From an uncultured Gemmatimonadales bacterium (GTDB lineage: Bacteria; Gemmatimonadota; Gemmatimonadetes; Gemmatimonadales; GWC2-71-9), in the NCBI GenBank assembly GCA_963795085.1, contig CAWCFX010000001.1, positions 544,001-608,000 on the forward strand: a stretch of DNA of 64,000 bases. Reading direction: 5' to 3'. Each line of letters opens with the position of its first letter. The first letter of the stretch is position 1. A program made the position numbers and the translations under genes. Of the stretch, positions 30,375 through 39,630 are shown piece by piece. The notes beneath the pieces were generated by a model that ran no database searches, was not told the DNA's origin, and worked only from the letters and a program-made list of their open reading frames with translations.

Positions 30375-31913
30375 ATGCGCCTGCCCGCCCTGCTCCTCAC
30401 CTTGTTCGCCGCCGCCGTGGCGGCGCCGCTGCCGGCCCAGACGTTCCGGAACGACGACCCGGTGATTCGCCGGATGTGGGAGGAGGGCATGAACAACTCC
30501 CAGGCGGGATCCCTGGCCCAGGTGCTGATGGATTCAATCGGCCCTCGGCTGGCCGGGTCTCCCGGGTTCGATGCGGCCACCGACTGGCTGGTCCGCACCT
30601 ACAGCCAGTGGGGAGTACCGGTCCGGAAGGAGCGGTACGGAACCTGGCGCGGCTGGCGCTGGGGCGCCGTCCATGCCGACCTGACGGCTCCCCGGGTCCA
30701 GACCATGAACGCCCACCTGCTGGCCTGGAGCGTGGGAACCCAGCGGCCGGTGGAGGGCGCGGTGTTGCTGATGCCGGAGGCCGCCAACCGCCAGGAGTTC
30801 CTGGCCTGGCTGCCCCGGGTCAAAGGCAATTTCGTGCTCTTTGGCGCGCCCGAAGTGATGTGCCGCGCCCAGCAGGAACTGGAAAAGAATGCCACCCCGG
30901 CCACGGTGGCCTGGGTGGACTCAGTCCGAAAAGCCACCCGGGAGAGCTTCACCCGCCGGGTGGCCGGGTACCGCGGCAACAACCTCGGCGCCGTCATGAG
31001 CCTGATCGACTCCGCGGGCGCCGCCGGCATCCTCAGCAGCAACTGGTCCGGAGGCTGGGGCGCCACCCGGGTGTTCAACGCGGAGACCCGCAACGCCGTC
31101 GCGCTGGACCTCTCCTGTGAGGACTACGGACTGCTCTACCGGTTGGCCTCCAACAACCAGGGCCCCCGCTTCCGGGTCTCCGCCGAGAGCCGGGAGCTGG
31201 GCGAGGTGCCCCAGTTCAACGTGATCGCCGAGCTCAAGGGCACCGAGAAGCCCAACGAGTACGTCCTGCTCGGGGCCCACCTCGATTCCTGGCACGGTGC
31301 CACCGGCGCCATGGACAACGGCACCGGCACCATCATGATGCTGGAAGCCATGCGCATCCTGAAAGCGGCCTATCCGTCACCCAAGCGAACCATCCTGGTG
31401 GGGCACTGGGGTGCCGAGGAGCAGGGCCTGATCGGGTCGGGCGCCTTTGCCGAGGATCACCCCGAAGTGATCGAAGGGATGCAGGCGAGCTTCAACCAGG
31501 ACAACGGCACCTGGCGGGTCGAAGTGGTGCAGCCGTACGGGTACATGCAGGGGGTCGGCAATCTCGCCCGCTGGCTCTCCATCGTGCCGCTGGAAATCAC
31601 CACCCACCTGCGGCTCGGGGTGCCCGGAGAAATGGAGAACACCGGCAGCGACCACTCCTCGTTCCTCTGCCGCGGCGCGCCCGGGTTCCGGCTCCAGTCG
31701 GCTTACGACGAGTACCGGCAATACACCTGGCACACGACCCTCGATACCTACGACAAGGTGGTGTTGCCCGATCTCAAGAACAACGCCACCCTGGCGGCCA
31801 TGCTCGCTTACGCCGCGAGCGAGGATCCGGAACGGGTGTCGCGGGCGCAGGCAACCCGCCGGGGCCAGCAGATGCAGTGCCCCCCGGTGGCCCGCCAGTT
31901 CCGGAACCGGTAG
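30375..31913 (+). CDS. Secreted M28 peptidase (carboxypeptidase Q-like)
   Basis: Signal peptide. IGPRLAGS, GAHLDSW, GAMDNGTG, AEEQGLIGS, GSDH, WHTTLDTYD. Confidence 0.9.
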   Translation: MRLPALLLTLFAAAVAAPLPAQTFRNDDPVIRRMWEEGMNNSQAGSLAQVLMDSIGPRLAGSPGFDAATDWLVRTYSQWGVPVRKERYGTWRGWRWGAVHADLTAPRVQTMNAHLLAWSVGTQRPVEGAVLLMPEAANRQEFLAWLPRVKGNFVLFGAPEVMCRAQQELEKNATPATVAWVDSVRKATRESFTRRVAGYRGNNLGAVMSLIDSAGAAGILSSNWSGGWGATRVFNAETRNAVALDLSCEDYGLLYRLASNNQGPRFRVSAESRELGEVPQFNVIAELKGTEKPNEYVLLGAHLDSWHGATGAMDNGTGTIMMLEAMRILKAAYPSPKRTILVGHWGAEEQGLIGSGAFAEDHPEVIEGMQASFNQDNGTWRVEVVQPYGYMQGVGNLARWLSIVPLEITTHLRLGVPGEMENTGSDHSSFLCRGAPGFRLQSAYDEYRQYTWHTTLDTYDKVVLPDLKNNATLAAMLAYAASEDPERVSRAQATRRGQQMQCPPVARQFRNR

Positions 31914-31929
31914 CCGGCCGCCGCTTTCC

Positions 31930-32664
31930 ATGTGTACGCTGGCCTGGCTGCCCGGGAACGACGGGTACATCCTGTGGCACAGCCGGGACGAACGCCGGGC
32001 CCGCGGGGTGGCGCTCCCACCGGTCGTGGAGTACGGCCAGGGCACCGGCTGGATTTCCCCTCGCGATACCGACGCGGGCGGCACCTGGGTCGGGGTGAAC
32101 ACCCACGGGGTGACCGTGGGCATCGCCAACCTCGTGCGCGATGCGGCCCCGGTGCCGGCCGGGCGCAAGGTGAGCCGGGGTCTCCTGGTCCGGGAACTCC
32201 TGCAGGCGCCGGCCGCGCGCCAGGTCGAGCAGCGGGTCCGCGCGACCAGCCTGGACAGCTTCGAACCCTTTACGCTGGTCTCCCTCGAAACTGGCCAGCC
32301 TCCCGTCATTCTCCGCTGGGACCGGTCCACCCTTGCCGCCGTGCCGCCGCTGGCCAAAACGCTGCTGGTGACCAGTGCCGGAGGCAACGTTGCAATCGAG
32401 CGGGGCAGGGTGGCGCTGTTCGAATCCCTGGGACCAGCGGACCGCGACCCCGACCGGATCGAAGCACTGTACCGGGCGCCGCCGGATGGCAGCAACGAGG
32501 CCATCTGCGTCCACCGCGCCGAGGTCTCGACGGTCAGCCTGGTCCGAATCGAAGTGACACCACCCCGCGTCTTTCTTGCCTACACACCGGGGCAACCCTG
32601 CCTCACCCGGCCGGGCCCATCCATCATGCTGGATCGCAACCATGTCCCGATCACTGCTTCCTGA
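31930..32664 (+). CDS. NRDE/TANGO2-family protein
   Basis: N-terminal MCT, SRDE, GGTWVG, SRGLLV, TVS. Confidence 0.8.
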   Translation: MCTLAWLPGNDGYILWHSRDERRARGVALPPVVEYGQGTGWISPRDTDAGGTWVGVNTHGVTVGIANLVRDAAPVPAGRKVSRGLLVRELLQAPAARQVEQRVRATSLDSFEPFTLVSLETGQPPVILRWDRSTLAAVPPLAKTLLVTSAGGNVAIERGRVALFESLGPADRDPDRIEALYRAPPDGSNEAICVHRAEVSTVSLVRIEVTPPRVFLAYTPGQPCLTRPGPSIMLDRNHVPITAS

Positions 32665-33307
32665 ACCGGTCGAACGCTACCTGGCCGCCTTTGCCGGCGA
32701 GACCGCTGTCCAGCGGCGGCTGCGCGAGGCCACCGCGAAGCTGCCCGATGCGGGCATGCAGATCGGGGCGGACCAGGGCGCATTCATGGCCCAACTGGTC
32801 CGGCTGACCGGCGCCCGCCGCTGCCTCGAGGTGGGTACCTTCACCGGCTACAGCGCCCTCGCGGTCGCCGGTGCCTTGCCGGATGATGGACGGCTGGTGA
32901 CCTGCGATATCAGCGAAGAGTGGACGGCCCTGGCCCGTCGTTACTGGACCGAAGCCGGCGTGGCGGAGAAGATCGACCTGAGGCTGGGCCCCGCCACCGA
33001 GACGCTGGACCAGTTGGCCCGGGACCCGGGTGAAGAGAGCTTCGATTTCGCCTTCATCGATGCTGATAAGCCGGCCTACCATGCGTATTACGAGAGGTGC
33101 CTCCGGCTGGTGCGTCCCAACGGACTCATCCTGCTGGACAACATGCTCTGGGGCGGCAAGGTGGTGGACGAGAACGAGCAGGACCCCGATACCGCCGCGA
33201 TCCGGGCCCTCAACGCGCTGATCCGGGACGATCGCCGGGTCGAGGCCACCCTGCTCTCCGTGGGCGACGGCGTGGTGATCGCCCGGAAGCGTCCCCCGAA
33301 GGCCTGA
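32642..33307 (+). CDS. Class I SAM-dependent O-methyltransferase (caffeoyl-CoA OMT-like)
   Basis: LEVGTFTGYSAL, FDFAFIDADK, DNMLWGG, GDG. Confidence 0.92.
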   Translation: MSRSLLPEPVERYLAAFAGETAVQRRLREATAKLPDAGMQIGADQGAFMAQLVRLTGARRCLEVGTFTGYSALAVAGALPDDGRLVTCDISEEWTALARRYWTEAGVAEKIDLRLGPATETLDQLARDPGEESFDFAFIDADKPAYHAYYERCLRLVRPNGLILLDNMLWGGKVVDENEQDPDTAAIRALNALIRDDRRVEATLLSVGDGVVIARKRPPKA

Positions 33308-33314
33308 CCGCGTT

Positions 33315-34079
33315 TTACGGAGCGGCCGAGCCCTGGAGCGTCAGGGCAGCTCCCGACAGAAGATCGTATACCACGTATCCGCCGTACGCCGCCACCAGCG
33401 CCAGCACTCCGGCCACCACCATGCGCCGGGGGATCCGCACCGGCAGGTTCCGGGCGGTCAGCAGCGAGACCACCAGCAGGCCGATGACCGTGGGCCAGAG
33501 CCACTTGGCCTTGCGGGGCAGCTCATCGTTCAGGTGTACGATCGACACCACCGTGAGCACGTAGAAGTAGGACGCGAGGATGTACCGCTGGTGCCGCCGG
33601 TACAGCAGCGGCCGGTCGGTGAGCCCGGTCTTCAGTTCCCGGAACTCCAGCACCACCATCCAGATTCCTACCAGGGTGAACACCCGCATCGGCGTGTCCT
33701 TCCACACCGCCACCGAGAACAGTGCTACCACGCTCAGAAGCAGCAGCCAGGCCAGGGCCCGGTCCACCGGCCCGGCGGCGGGGTCTTCCGCGCAGAAGAG
33801 CCGGATGGCGCGGTAGCCGTACAGCACCATCGAGAACCCGAAGAAATTGAAGGTGACATTGCGGGCAAAGCTCCAGGTGCCCCATGCATGCTGGGTCAGG
33901 GTCAGCCAGGTGCCGGTGAGATACAGGAAAACGATCAGGTAGAGATAGGCCTTGCCCCACCGGCGGTGCACCGGCGCATCCGCAAATGCGAGGAGGGCCA
34001 GCGGTGCGACCACAAAGGCCGTGGGATAGCCCACTATCCGGTGGACCAGGACGAGCAGCGCGGTGGGTGAGTCACCCAT
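33315..34079 (-). CDS. Multi-pass membrane protein (DUF2306-like)
   Basis: TGATG coupling to the sulfatase stop. HRRWGKAY, RRHQRY, about 7 TM segments. Confidence 0.65.
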   Translation of the reverse strand: MGDSPTALLVLVHRIVGYPTAFVVAPLALLAFADAPVHRRWGKAYLYLIVFLYLTGTWLTLTQHAWGTWSFARNVTFNFFGFSMVLYGYRAIRLFCAEDPAAGPVDRALAWLLLLSVVALFSVAVWKDTPMRVFTLVGIWMVVLEFRELKTGLTDRPLLYRRHQRYILASYFYVLTVVSIVHLNDELPRKAKWLWPTVIGLLVVSLLTARNLPVRIPRRMVVAGVLALVAAYGGYVVYDLLSGAALTLQGSAAP

Positions 34080-35449
34080 CAGGCCCGGACCGGCCGGGCC
34101 GACCACAGGTTCCATATCCACCGGAGGCGCTGGCGCAGCAGCCGCCGGTGAATGCGGCATCGCCGGAGCCGGCCCAGGGCCGCCACCGGGTCGACCGTCT
34201 GTCCGGTCTCCCGAAGCCGCTGGGCCAGCCAGCCTTCGAATTCCCCGCGCAACTCCGCTCGGAGGTGAGGCTGCGACTCGGCCAGGTTGACGGACTCCTC
34301 CGGGTCGGCCGCGAGGTCGTACACCTCCTCCGGCGGCTTGCCGTAGAGGTCCGGTTCCCGCGCAACGATCAGTTTATGGTGTTCCTTCCGCCACGCCCAT
34401 TTGAACATCCAGGTGCCCTCGCAGGCGACGGCATGGGCGACATCGCGCCACCCGTCCCGCCCGGTGAAGAGCGGCGCCAGCGGCCGGCCTTCCATCCCGT
34501 CCGGGCGAGTCATGGCCAGCAGGTCCAGGATGGTCGCGGGGATGTCCGGCGTCTGGGTTATTGCGTCCACCACGCCGGTGCCGTCGGTCACGCCGGGCCA
34601 GTGGATGATGAGGGGCGGGCGCATGGTGCAATCGTACAGCCCATGGTGGTCGAACAGGATGCCGTGCTCGCCGAGGGACTCGCCGTGATCGCCCAGGACG
34701 ATGAGCGCGGTATTGTCGCGAAGGCCCAGCCTCCCCAGCAGGTGGACCAGTTCCCGGACGCCATCGTCGGCGGCCCGCACCGATGCGTCGTACTGGGAGC
34801 GGCACCACGTCTCGTCGGCAATGCCGTCCCCCGCCGGGCTGGGCCACTCCCCGGGATTGCACTGGGTCAGCATGTAGTGGCGGAACGAACCGGCGAACAG
34901 GTCGCGCAGGCTCCGGCGGGCGGCGGGCGGCGGGTCAGGGTGAAAGAGATGCCGGTAGCGGGGCGGCGGCGCGTACGGGGTATGGGGATCTCCATACCGC
35001 ATGTAGAGGAAAAAGGGCCCGTTGCGCCGGGCGGTAAGCCAGGGGGTGACGCCCCGGTTGAACTCGAACGCCGACAGATACTCGTTGCCCTGCACCCGCA
35101 GGTTGAGATAGGCATCGAAGTCCTGCGCGAACCAGGCCTTCCGGGTTGCCAGGTTATCCACCGCACAGGTCGCGTAGCCGCGGGACCGGAGCAGCGCGGG
35201 CAGCCAGGGTGTCCCCGGCCGCAGGTCGGCGCCGCCCTTGCGCATCAGGATGCCGTGGGAGATCGGAGACATGCCCGTCAGCAGGCTGGTGCACGCCGGC
35301 AGGGTCGGGGTGCCCACCGTGAAAAAATTCCTGAACCAGGCCGCCCGGCGGCCGAGCCGGTCCAGGAACGGGGTGGTCTCCCGCGGATAGCCATAGAGCG
35401 AGAGGCGGTCGGCACGCAGGCTGTCGATAACGAGCAGGACCACGTTCAT
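34079..35449 (-). CDS. Sulfatase/alkaline-phosphatase superfamily hydrolase
   Basis: NVVLLVIDSLRAD, TLPACTSLLTG, DPHTPY, GDHGE, DHHGLY, YDLAADPEE. Confidence 0.88.
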   Translation of the reverse strand: MNVVLLVIDSLRADRLSLYGYPRETTPFLDRLGRRAAWFRNFFTVGTPTLPACTSLLTGMSPISHGILMRKGGADLRPGTPWLPALLRSRGYATCAVDNLATRKAWFAQDFDAYLNLRVQGNEYLSAFEFNRGVTPWLTARRNGPFFLYMRYGDPHTPYAPPPRYRHLFHPDPPPAARRSLRDLFAGSFRHYMLTQCNPGEWPSPAGDGIADETWCRSQYDASVRAADDGVRELVHLLGRLGLRDNTALIVLGDHGESLGEHGILFDHHGLYDCTMRPPLIIHWPGVTDGTGVVDAITQTPDIPATILDLLAMTRPDGMEGRPLAPLFTGRDGWRDVAHAVACEGTWMFKWAWRKEHHKLIVAREPDLYGKPPEEVYDLAADPEESVNLAESQPHLRAELRGEFEGWLAQRLRETGQTVDPVAALGRLRRCRIHRRLLRQRLRWIWNLWSARPVRA

Positions 35450-35557
35450 GAGCGGACGTCCCCCCTCGGGCGTTCGTCAGGAGCGGTGTGCGGTTCCGCC
35501 AAGATGCAGCCCCGCCCGGCGATTGGCTAGACCCGCCTGATCACGGTAACTTGTGGC

Positions 35558-36889
35558 ATGCGACTCTTCCCATCGACCTGGACCGCACCGGCGAGCGTCA
35601 TGAGCGCCCTCGCGCTCGCGGCGTGCACCTCCCCCGGCGGCGCCCCCGCGCCCGCGCTGGCCCAAGCCGGCGGCAGTGGCTGCTGTGATGCCGCTACGCT
35701 GGTCGCCGGCCTGTCCATTGCCGACCGCTACCGGGTGGCGGCCATTCAGAAACGGCGCTTCACCCATGCCGAGCTGTGGCGGGCGCTGGCGCCCTACACC
35801 GCCAGTGAAGCGCTCAGCGTCCGGCAGGTCGGCACCTCAATTCACGGCAGGGAGATTCGTGCCGTCACCTTCGGCCGGGGCACCACCCGGGTGCTGCTCT
35901 GGTCGCAGATGCACGGCGATGAATCCACCGCCACCATGGCGCTGGCCGACATCCTGCGGTTCCTGGCCGAAGGCAGCCAGGACCCGCTCCACGCCCGGCT
36001 GGCGGAGCGGCTGACCATCACCTTCGTCCCCATGCTCAATCCGGACGGGGCGGAACTGTTCCAGCGGGAGAACGCCGCCGGGGTTGACATCAACCGGGAT
36101 GGCCGGCGGCTGGTCACCCCGGAAGGCCGCGCCCTCAAGGCCCTGCGTGACTCGCTGGCGCCCCAGTTCGGCTTCAACCTCCACGACCAGGGCGTGCGCC
36201 TCCGGGTCGGGGAGACCGGGGCCCCGGCCGCGATCGCCCTGCTGGCCCCGGCCCACGACGAAGGCCGCACCTACAACGACGTGCGCTCCCGGGCCCGGCT
36301 GGTCGCCGCGGTGATTGCCCATACCCTGGCAGGCGATATCGCCGGCCGGGTGGCCCGCTACGACGACGCCTTCAACCCCCGCGCCTTCGGCGACCTGATG
36401 CAGCAGTGGGGCACCAGCACCGTGCTCATCGAGAGCGGCGGGCTTCCTTCCGATCCCGAGAAGCAGCGGCTGCGGGGCCTCAACGTGGCCGCGATCCTCG
36501 CCGCGCTCGATGCCATTGCCACCGGCGGCTACGCCGCCGCGAACCCCGCCTGGTATGATGGCCTGCCTTTCAACACCAGCGGCGCCGCCGACCTTCTCGT
36601 CCGGGGGGCCCGGCTGGTTCTCCCCGGCCAGGCTCCCCTCGCGGTGGATATCGCCATCAACTATGACGACCCGCTCCACCGGAGCGGAGCCCGGGTCCGC
36701 GAAGTGGGCGACCTCCAGGCGGTGATCGCCCTGGATACCCTCGAGGCGGCGGGGATGTACCTCCACCCGTCAGCCTCCGCCCTGACCACCAGCGCCGGCC
36801 GGCCCTGGCTGCGCATCGGCGCCAACGCCGCGTTCGACCTTCGCCGCGGGGCGGCGGCCGCCAGCGAGCTGGTTCGCCGGATCCAGTAG
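35558..36889 (+). CDS. M14 zinc carboxypeptidase, probable lipoprotein
   Basis: LAAC lipobox. QMHGDES, MLNPDG, DINRD, NLHDQ, IESGG. Confidence 0.88.
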   Translation: MRLFPSTWTAPASVMSALALAACTSPGGAPAPALAQAGGSGCCDAATLVAGLSIADRYRVAAIQKRRFTHAELWRALAPYTASEALSVRQVGTSIHGREIRAVTFGRGTTRVLLWSQMHGDESTATMALADILRFLAEGSQDPLHARLAERLTITFVPMLNPDGAELFQRENAAGVDINRDGRRLVTPEGRALKALRDSLAPQFGFNLHDQGVRLRVGETGAPAAIALLAPAHDEGRTYNDVRSRARLVAAVIAHTLAGDIAGRVARYDDAFNPRAFGDLMQQWGTSTVLIESGGLPSDPEKQRLRGLNVAAILAALDAIATGGYAAANPAWYDGLPFNTSGAADLLVRGARLVLPGQAPLAVDIAINYDDPLHRSGARVREVGDLQAVIALDTLEAAGMYLHPSASALTTSAGRPWLRIGANAAFDLRRGAAAASELVRRIQ

Positions 36890-36894
36890 CGCCG

Positions 36895-38145
36895 TTGCTC
36901 CTCGTCCTGTTCCTCGTCGCGTTCGTGGACATGATCGGCCTCACGATGATCGTGCCGATCCTGCCGTTCTTTGCGCAGGACGTGGGAGCCAGCGCCACGA
37001 CCGTGGGTATCCTCATCTCCGCGTTTTCCCTGGCCCAGCTGCTGGTGGCACCGGTCTGGGGCAGCCTGTCCGACCGCTATGGCCGGCGGCCCGCGATCCT
37101 CGCCGGCCTGCTGGTGACCGCCGTGGCCTATGTGATCTTCGGGTTTGCCACCTCGGTGGGCCTGCTCCTGGTCTCCCGCGTCATCCAGGGCCTGGGCGGC
37201 GGCACCATCGGTGTCGTCCAGGCCTACGTCGCCGATGTGGCTCCCCCCGAGCAGCGGACCCGCAGTCTCGGCTGGCTCTCCGCCGTCACCAGTCTCGGCG
37301 CCGTCGCCGGACCGGCGTTCGGATCGGCCCTGACCAGCGCCGGCGGCCAGCGGGCACCCGGCCTGGGCGCGGCGGCGCTCTCTCTCCTGGTCGGGGCCTT
37401 CGCGCTTCGCTTTTTGAAGGAATCCCGGGATCTGCGTCCGTCCGGCAGCCACGCCAGGGCCCCCACCACCACCAGCCGTGCCGCGATCGCGGAAGTGCTC
37501 CTGCGGTGGAACCTTCCGGCGCCCCGGCTGATCTGGATCTACACCATCGCCATCGGCGCCTTCTACGGCACCATCCAGATCGTGCCCCTCCTGCTGTCGC
37601 AGCGGTTCCAGGTGACCGAGCACAACGTGGGCTACTTCGTCATGTTCCTCGGCGGCATGGGCGTCCTGGTGCGGTCGCTGGTGCTGGGGCCCGCGGTGGA
37701 CCGGCTGGGCGAAGCGCGGCTCTCCCGGCTGGGCCTGGTCCTGCTGGCCGCCGGTCTCGCGCTGACCGGCCTGGCCCGGAGCTGGGCCATGCTCGGACTC
37801 GGGTTTGTGCTCATGCCGATCGGGACCGCGTTCGTCTTTCCCTGCGTCACCGGCCTGCTCTCGCGGGTGGTGCCGAACTCCGACCGGGGTCTCTACATGG
37901 GAGTCCAGCATTCGTTCGGCGGCGTCTCCCGGGTCGTCTTTCCCATTGCCGCCGGCATCCTGATCGACCACTACGGAGCCGGCGTTCCGTTCTGGATTGC
38001 CGCGATCCTCGTGCTCCTGACCCTGCCGCTCACCGCCGCGATGGACACCTGGCTTGCGCCGGCTCCGGCGTCCCCCGCCGTGGCGCAGGTCCAGGAAATC
38101 GCCGCCGCCGACATTACCGCCGAGATGCCGACCGCTCCACGGTGA
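36895..38145 (+). CDS. MFS transporter (TetA/DHA1-like)
   Basis: Motif A GSLSDRYGRRP, SRVIQG, AYVAD, GPAFG. About 12 TMs. Confidence 0.88.
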   Translation: MLLVLFLVAFVDMIGLTMIVPILPFFAQDVGASATTVGILISAFSLAQLLVAPVWGSLSDRYGRRPAILAGLLVTAVAYVIFGFATSVGLLLVSRVIQGLGGGTIGVVQAYVADVAPPEQRTRSLGWLSAVTSLGAVAGPAFGSALTSAGGQRAPGLGAAALSLLVGAFALRFLKESRDLRPSGSHARAPTTTSRAAIAEVLLRWNLPAPRLIWIYTIAIGAFYGTIQIVPLLLSQRFQVTEHNVGYFVMFLGGMGVLVRSLVLGPAVDRLGEARLSRLGLVLLAAGLALTGLARSWAMLGLGFVLMPIGTAFVFPCVTGLLSRVVPNSDRGLYMGVQHSFGGVSRVVFPIAAGILIDHYGAGVPFWIAAILVLLTLPLTAAMDTWLAPAPASPAVAQVQEIAAADITAEMPTAPR

Positions 38146-38792
38146 AAGGATCGCCTGTGATTGTGAAGGCCATATTGTTCGACCTGGACAGCGTCCTGGT
38201 TGACTCGCGCCGCTGCGTGGAACTGGTCTGGCAGGAGTGGGGCCGGATCCGGGGGCGCGATCCCGCGCCGTTTATCGCGCTGGCCCATGGGCGGCGCACC
38301 TCGGAGACCATCGCCATGGTGGCGCCGGAGCTCGATGCCCGTGCCGAGGCGGCGGTGCTGGACCGCATGGAAGAGGAATGCACCGAGGGCCTGGTGCCGG
38401 TGCCGGGCGCCATCAACCTGGTTCGCTCGATTCCGCTGGGCCGCTGGGGCGTCGTCACCTCGGGCCACCGCCCGGTGGCCACCCTCCGGCTGACCTCCGT
38501 CGGCATTCCCGTCCCGCCCGTCCTGGTGACCGGCGACCAGGTCAGCCACGGCAAGCCGCACCCGGAGCCCTACCTGGCGGGTCTGCGCGGCATCGCCGTC
38601 GCGGCCGACGAGTGCCTGGTGTTCGAGGACGCCCCGCCCGGCATCCGGTCCGCCCGGGCGGCCGGCATTCGCGTCGTGGCGGTCCGCACCACTCACCCGG
38701 CCGAGGCGCTGAGTGAAGCCGATGCCATCATCCCGGATCTTTCATCCGTCCGTATCAACGTGGTGCGTGAAGGCCTGGAAGTCCTGACATGA
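38142..38792 (+). CDS. HAD-superfamily phosphatase (YfbT-like)
   Basis: FDLDSVLVDS, HGRR, VVTSG, GKPHPEPY, FEDAPPG. Start could be GTG 38142 or 38157. Confidence 0.88.
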   Translation: MKGSPVIVKAILFDLDSVLVDSRRCVELVWQEWGRIRGRDPAPFIALAHGRRTSETIAMVAPELDARAEAAVLDRMEEECTEGLVPVPGAINLVRSIPLGRWGVVTSGHRPVATLRLTSVGIPVPPVLVTGDQVSHGKPHPEPYLAGLRGIAVAADECLVFEDAPPGIRSARAAGIRVVAVRTTHPAEALSEADAIIPDLSSVRINVVREGLEVLT

Positions 38793-38951
38793 TACAGTAG
38801 AGAATCTCGACAGCCGCGGCCTGCCCGCGGGTGCAACTTTCTTCCCGCCGCGCCAGCCCGCGGGCAAAGCGCGGCGGCCGCCGCTGAACCGCATCGTGGC
38901 ACTCGAGGGCAACACCTTTCCCGCCAAGGCGTAGCGGGAAGCAGCGCCGCC

Positions 38952-38966
38952 GGGCACACAACCTGC
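38952..38966 (+). promoter_or_regulatory. Possible sigma54 promoter
   Basis: GGGCAC-ACAAC-CTGC (GG-N10-GC), about 70 bp upstream of the 39039 gene. Imperfect match. Confidence 0.3.
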
Positions 38967-39038
38967 CGCACCATACTTCGGCGAATCCGCGCAGATCTCG
39001 GCACTCGCCGCTCTTCCCCGCTCATCAATGGAGACCTC

Positions 39039-39614
39039 ATGCGCCGCATCCCGGCGGGCCCGCTCCTGGGCCTGGTCCTGATCACGCTGGCCGGGTTCCC
39101 GGCCGGCGCCCAGCAGTTGAGCCAGCGCGGGGGCCTCTGGGCCGGCGCCGGCCTGGCCAGCGCGCTCTCCGATGTTTCGTGCAACGCCTGCGTCGAGGAC
39201 AGCAAGAGCGTGATCTCGGCGTATCTGCGCGCCGGCGTTACCCTGTCGCCCCGGCTGCTGCTGGGCGCCGAACTGGTCGGGACCGACAACAGTGAAGACG
39301 GCGTCAACGAGCGGGTGCTGGGGCTCGGGGCCGCAGGCTATTTCTACCCGACCGGCGGCGGCCTGTTCTTCAAGGGCGGCGCCGGCGTGCTCAAGTTCCG
39401 GGCCGATGACGATACCGATGCCCTCACTGCCACCCTCCTGGCTATCCAGGTGGGCACCGGGTACGAGGTGCGCCTGTCGCACCGGCTCTCGCTGGCGGCG
39501 TTCACCACCCTCATCGCCTCCGCCAACGGGGACCTGGACTACAACGGCAGCCGCGTCACCGACGACTTCAACCTCACGCTGATCCAGTTCGGGCTCGGCG
39601 TCACCTTCCACTAG
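39039..39614 (+). CDS. Outer-membrane beta-barrel protein
   Basis: Signal peptide, alternating amphipathic strands, C-terminal GLGVTFH. CNAC near the N-terminus. Confidence 0.75.
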   Translation: MRRIPAGPLLGLVLITLAGFPAGAQQLSQRGGLWAGAGLASALSDVSCNACVEDSKSVISAYLRAGVTLSPRLLLGAELVGTDNSEDGVNERVLGLGAAGYFYPTGGGLFFKGGAGVLKFRADDDTDALTATLLAIQVGTGYEVRLSHRLSLAAFTTLIASANGDLDYNGSRVTDDFNLTLIQFGLGVTFH

Positions 39615-39630
39615 TCCGCGGGAGACCCGT

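Noticed and set aside
38175..38205. HAD motif I variant DLDS instead of DLDG as a sign of inactivity
   Set aside because: Both catalytic Asp residues and motifs II-IV are intact.
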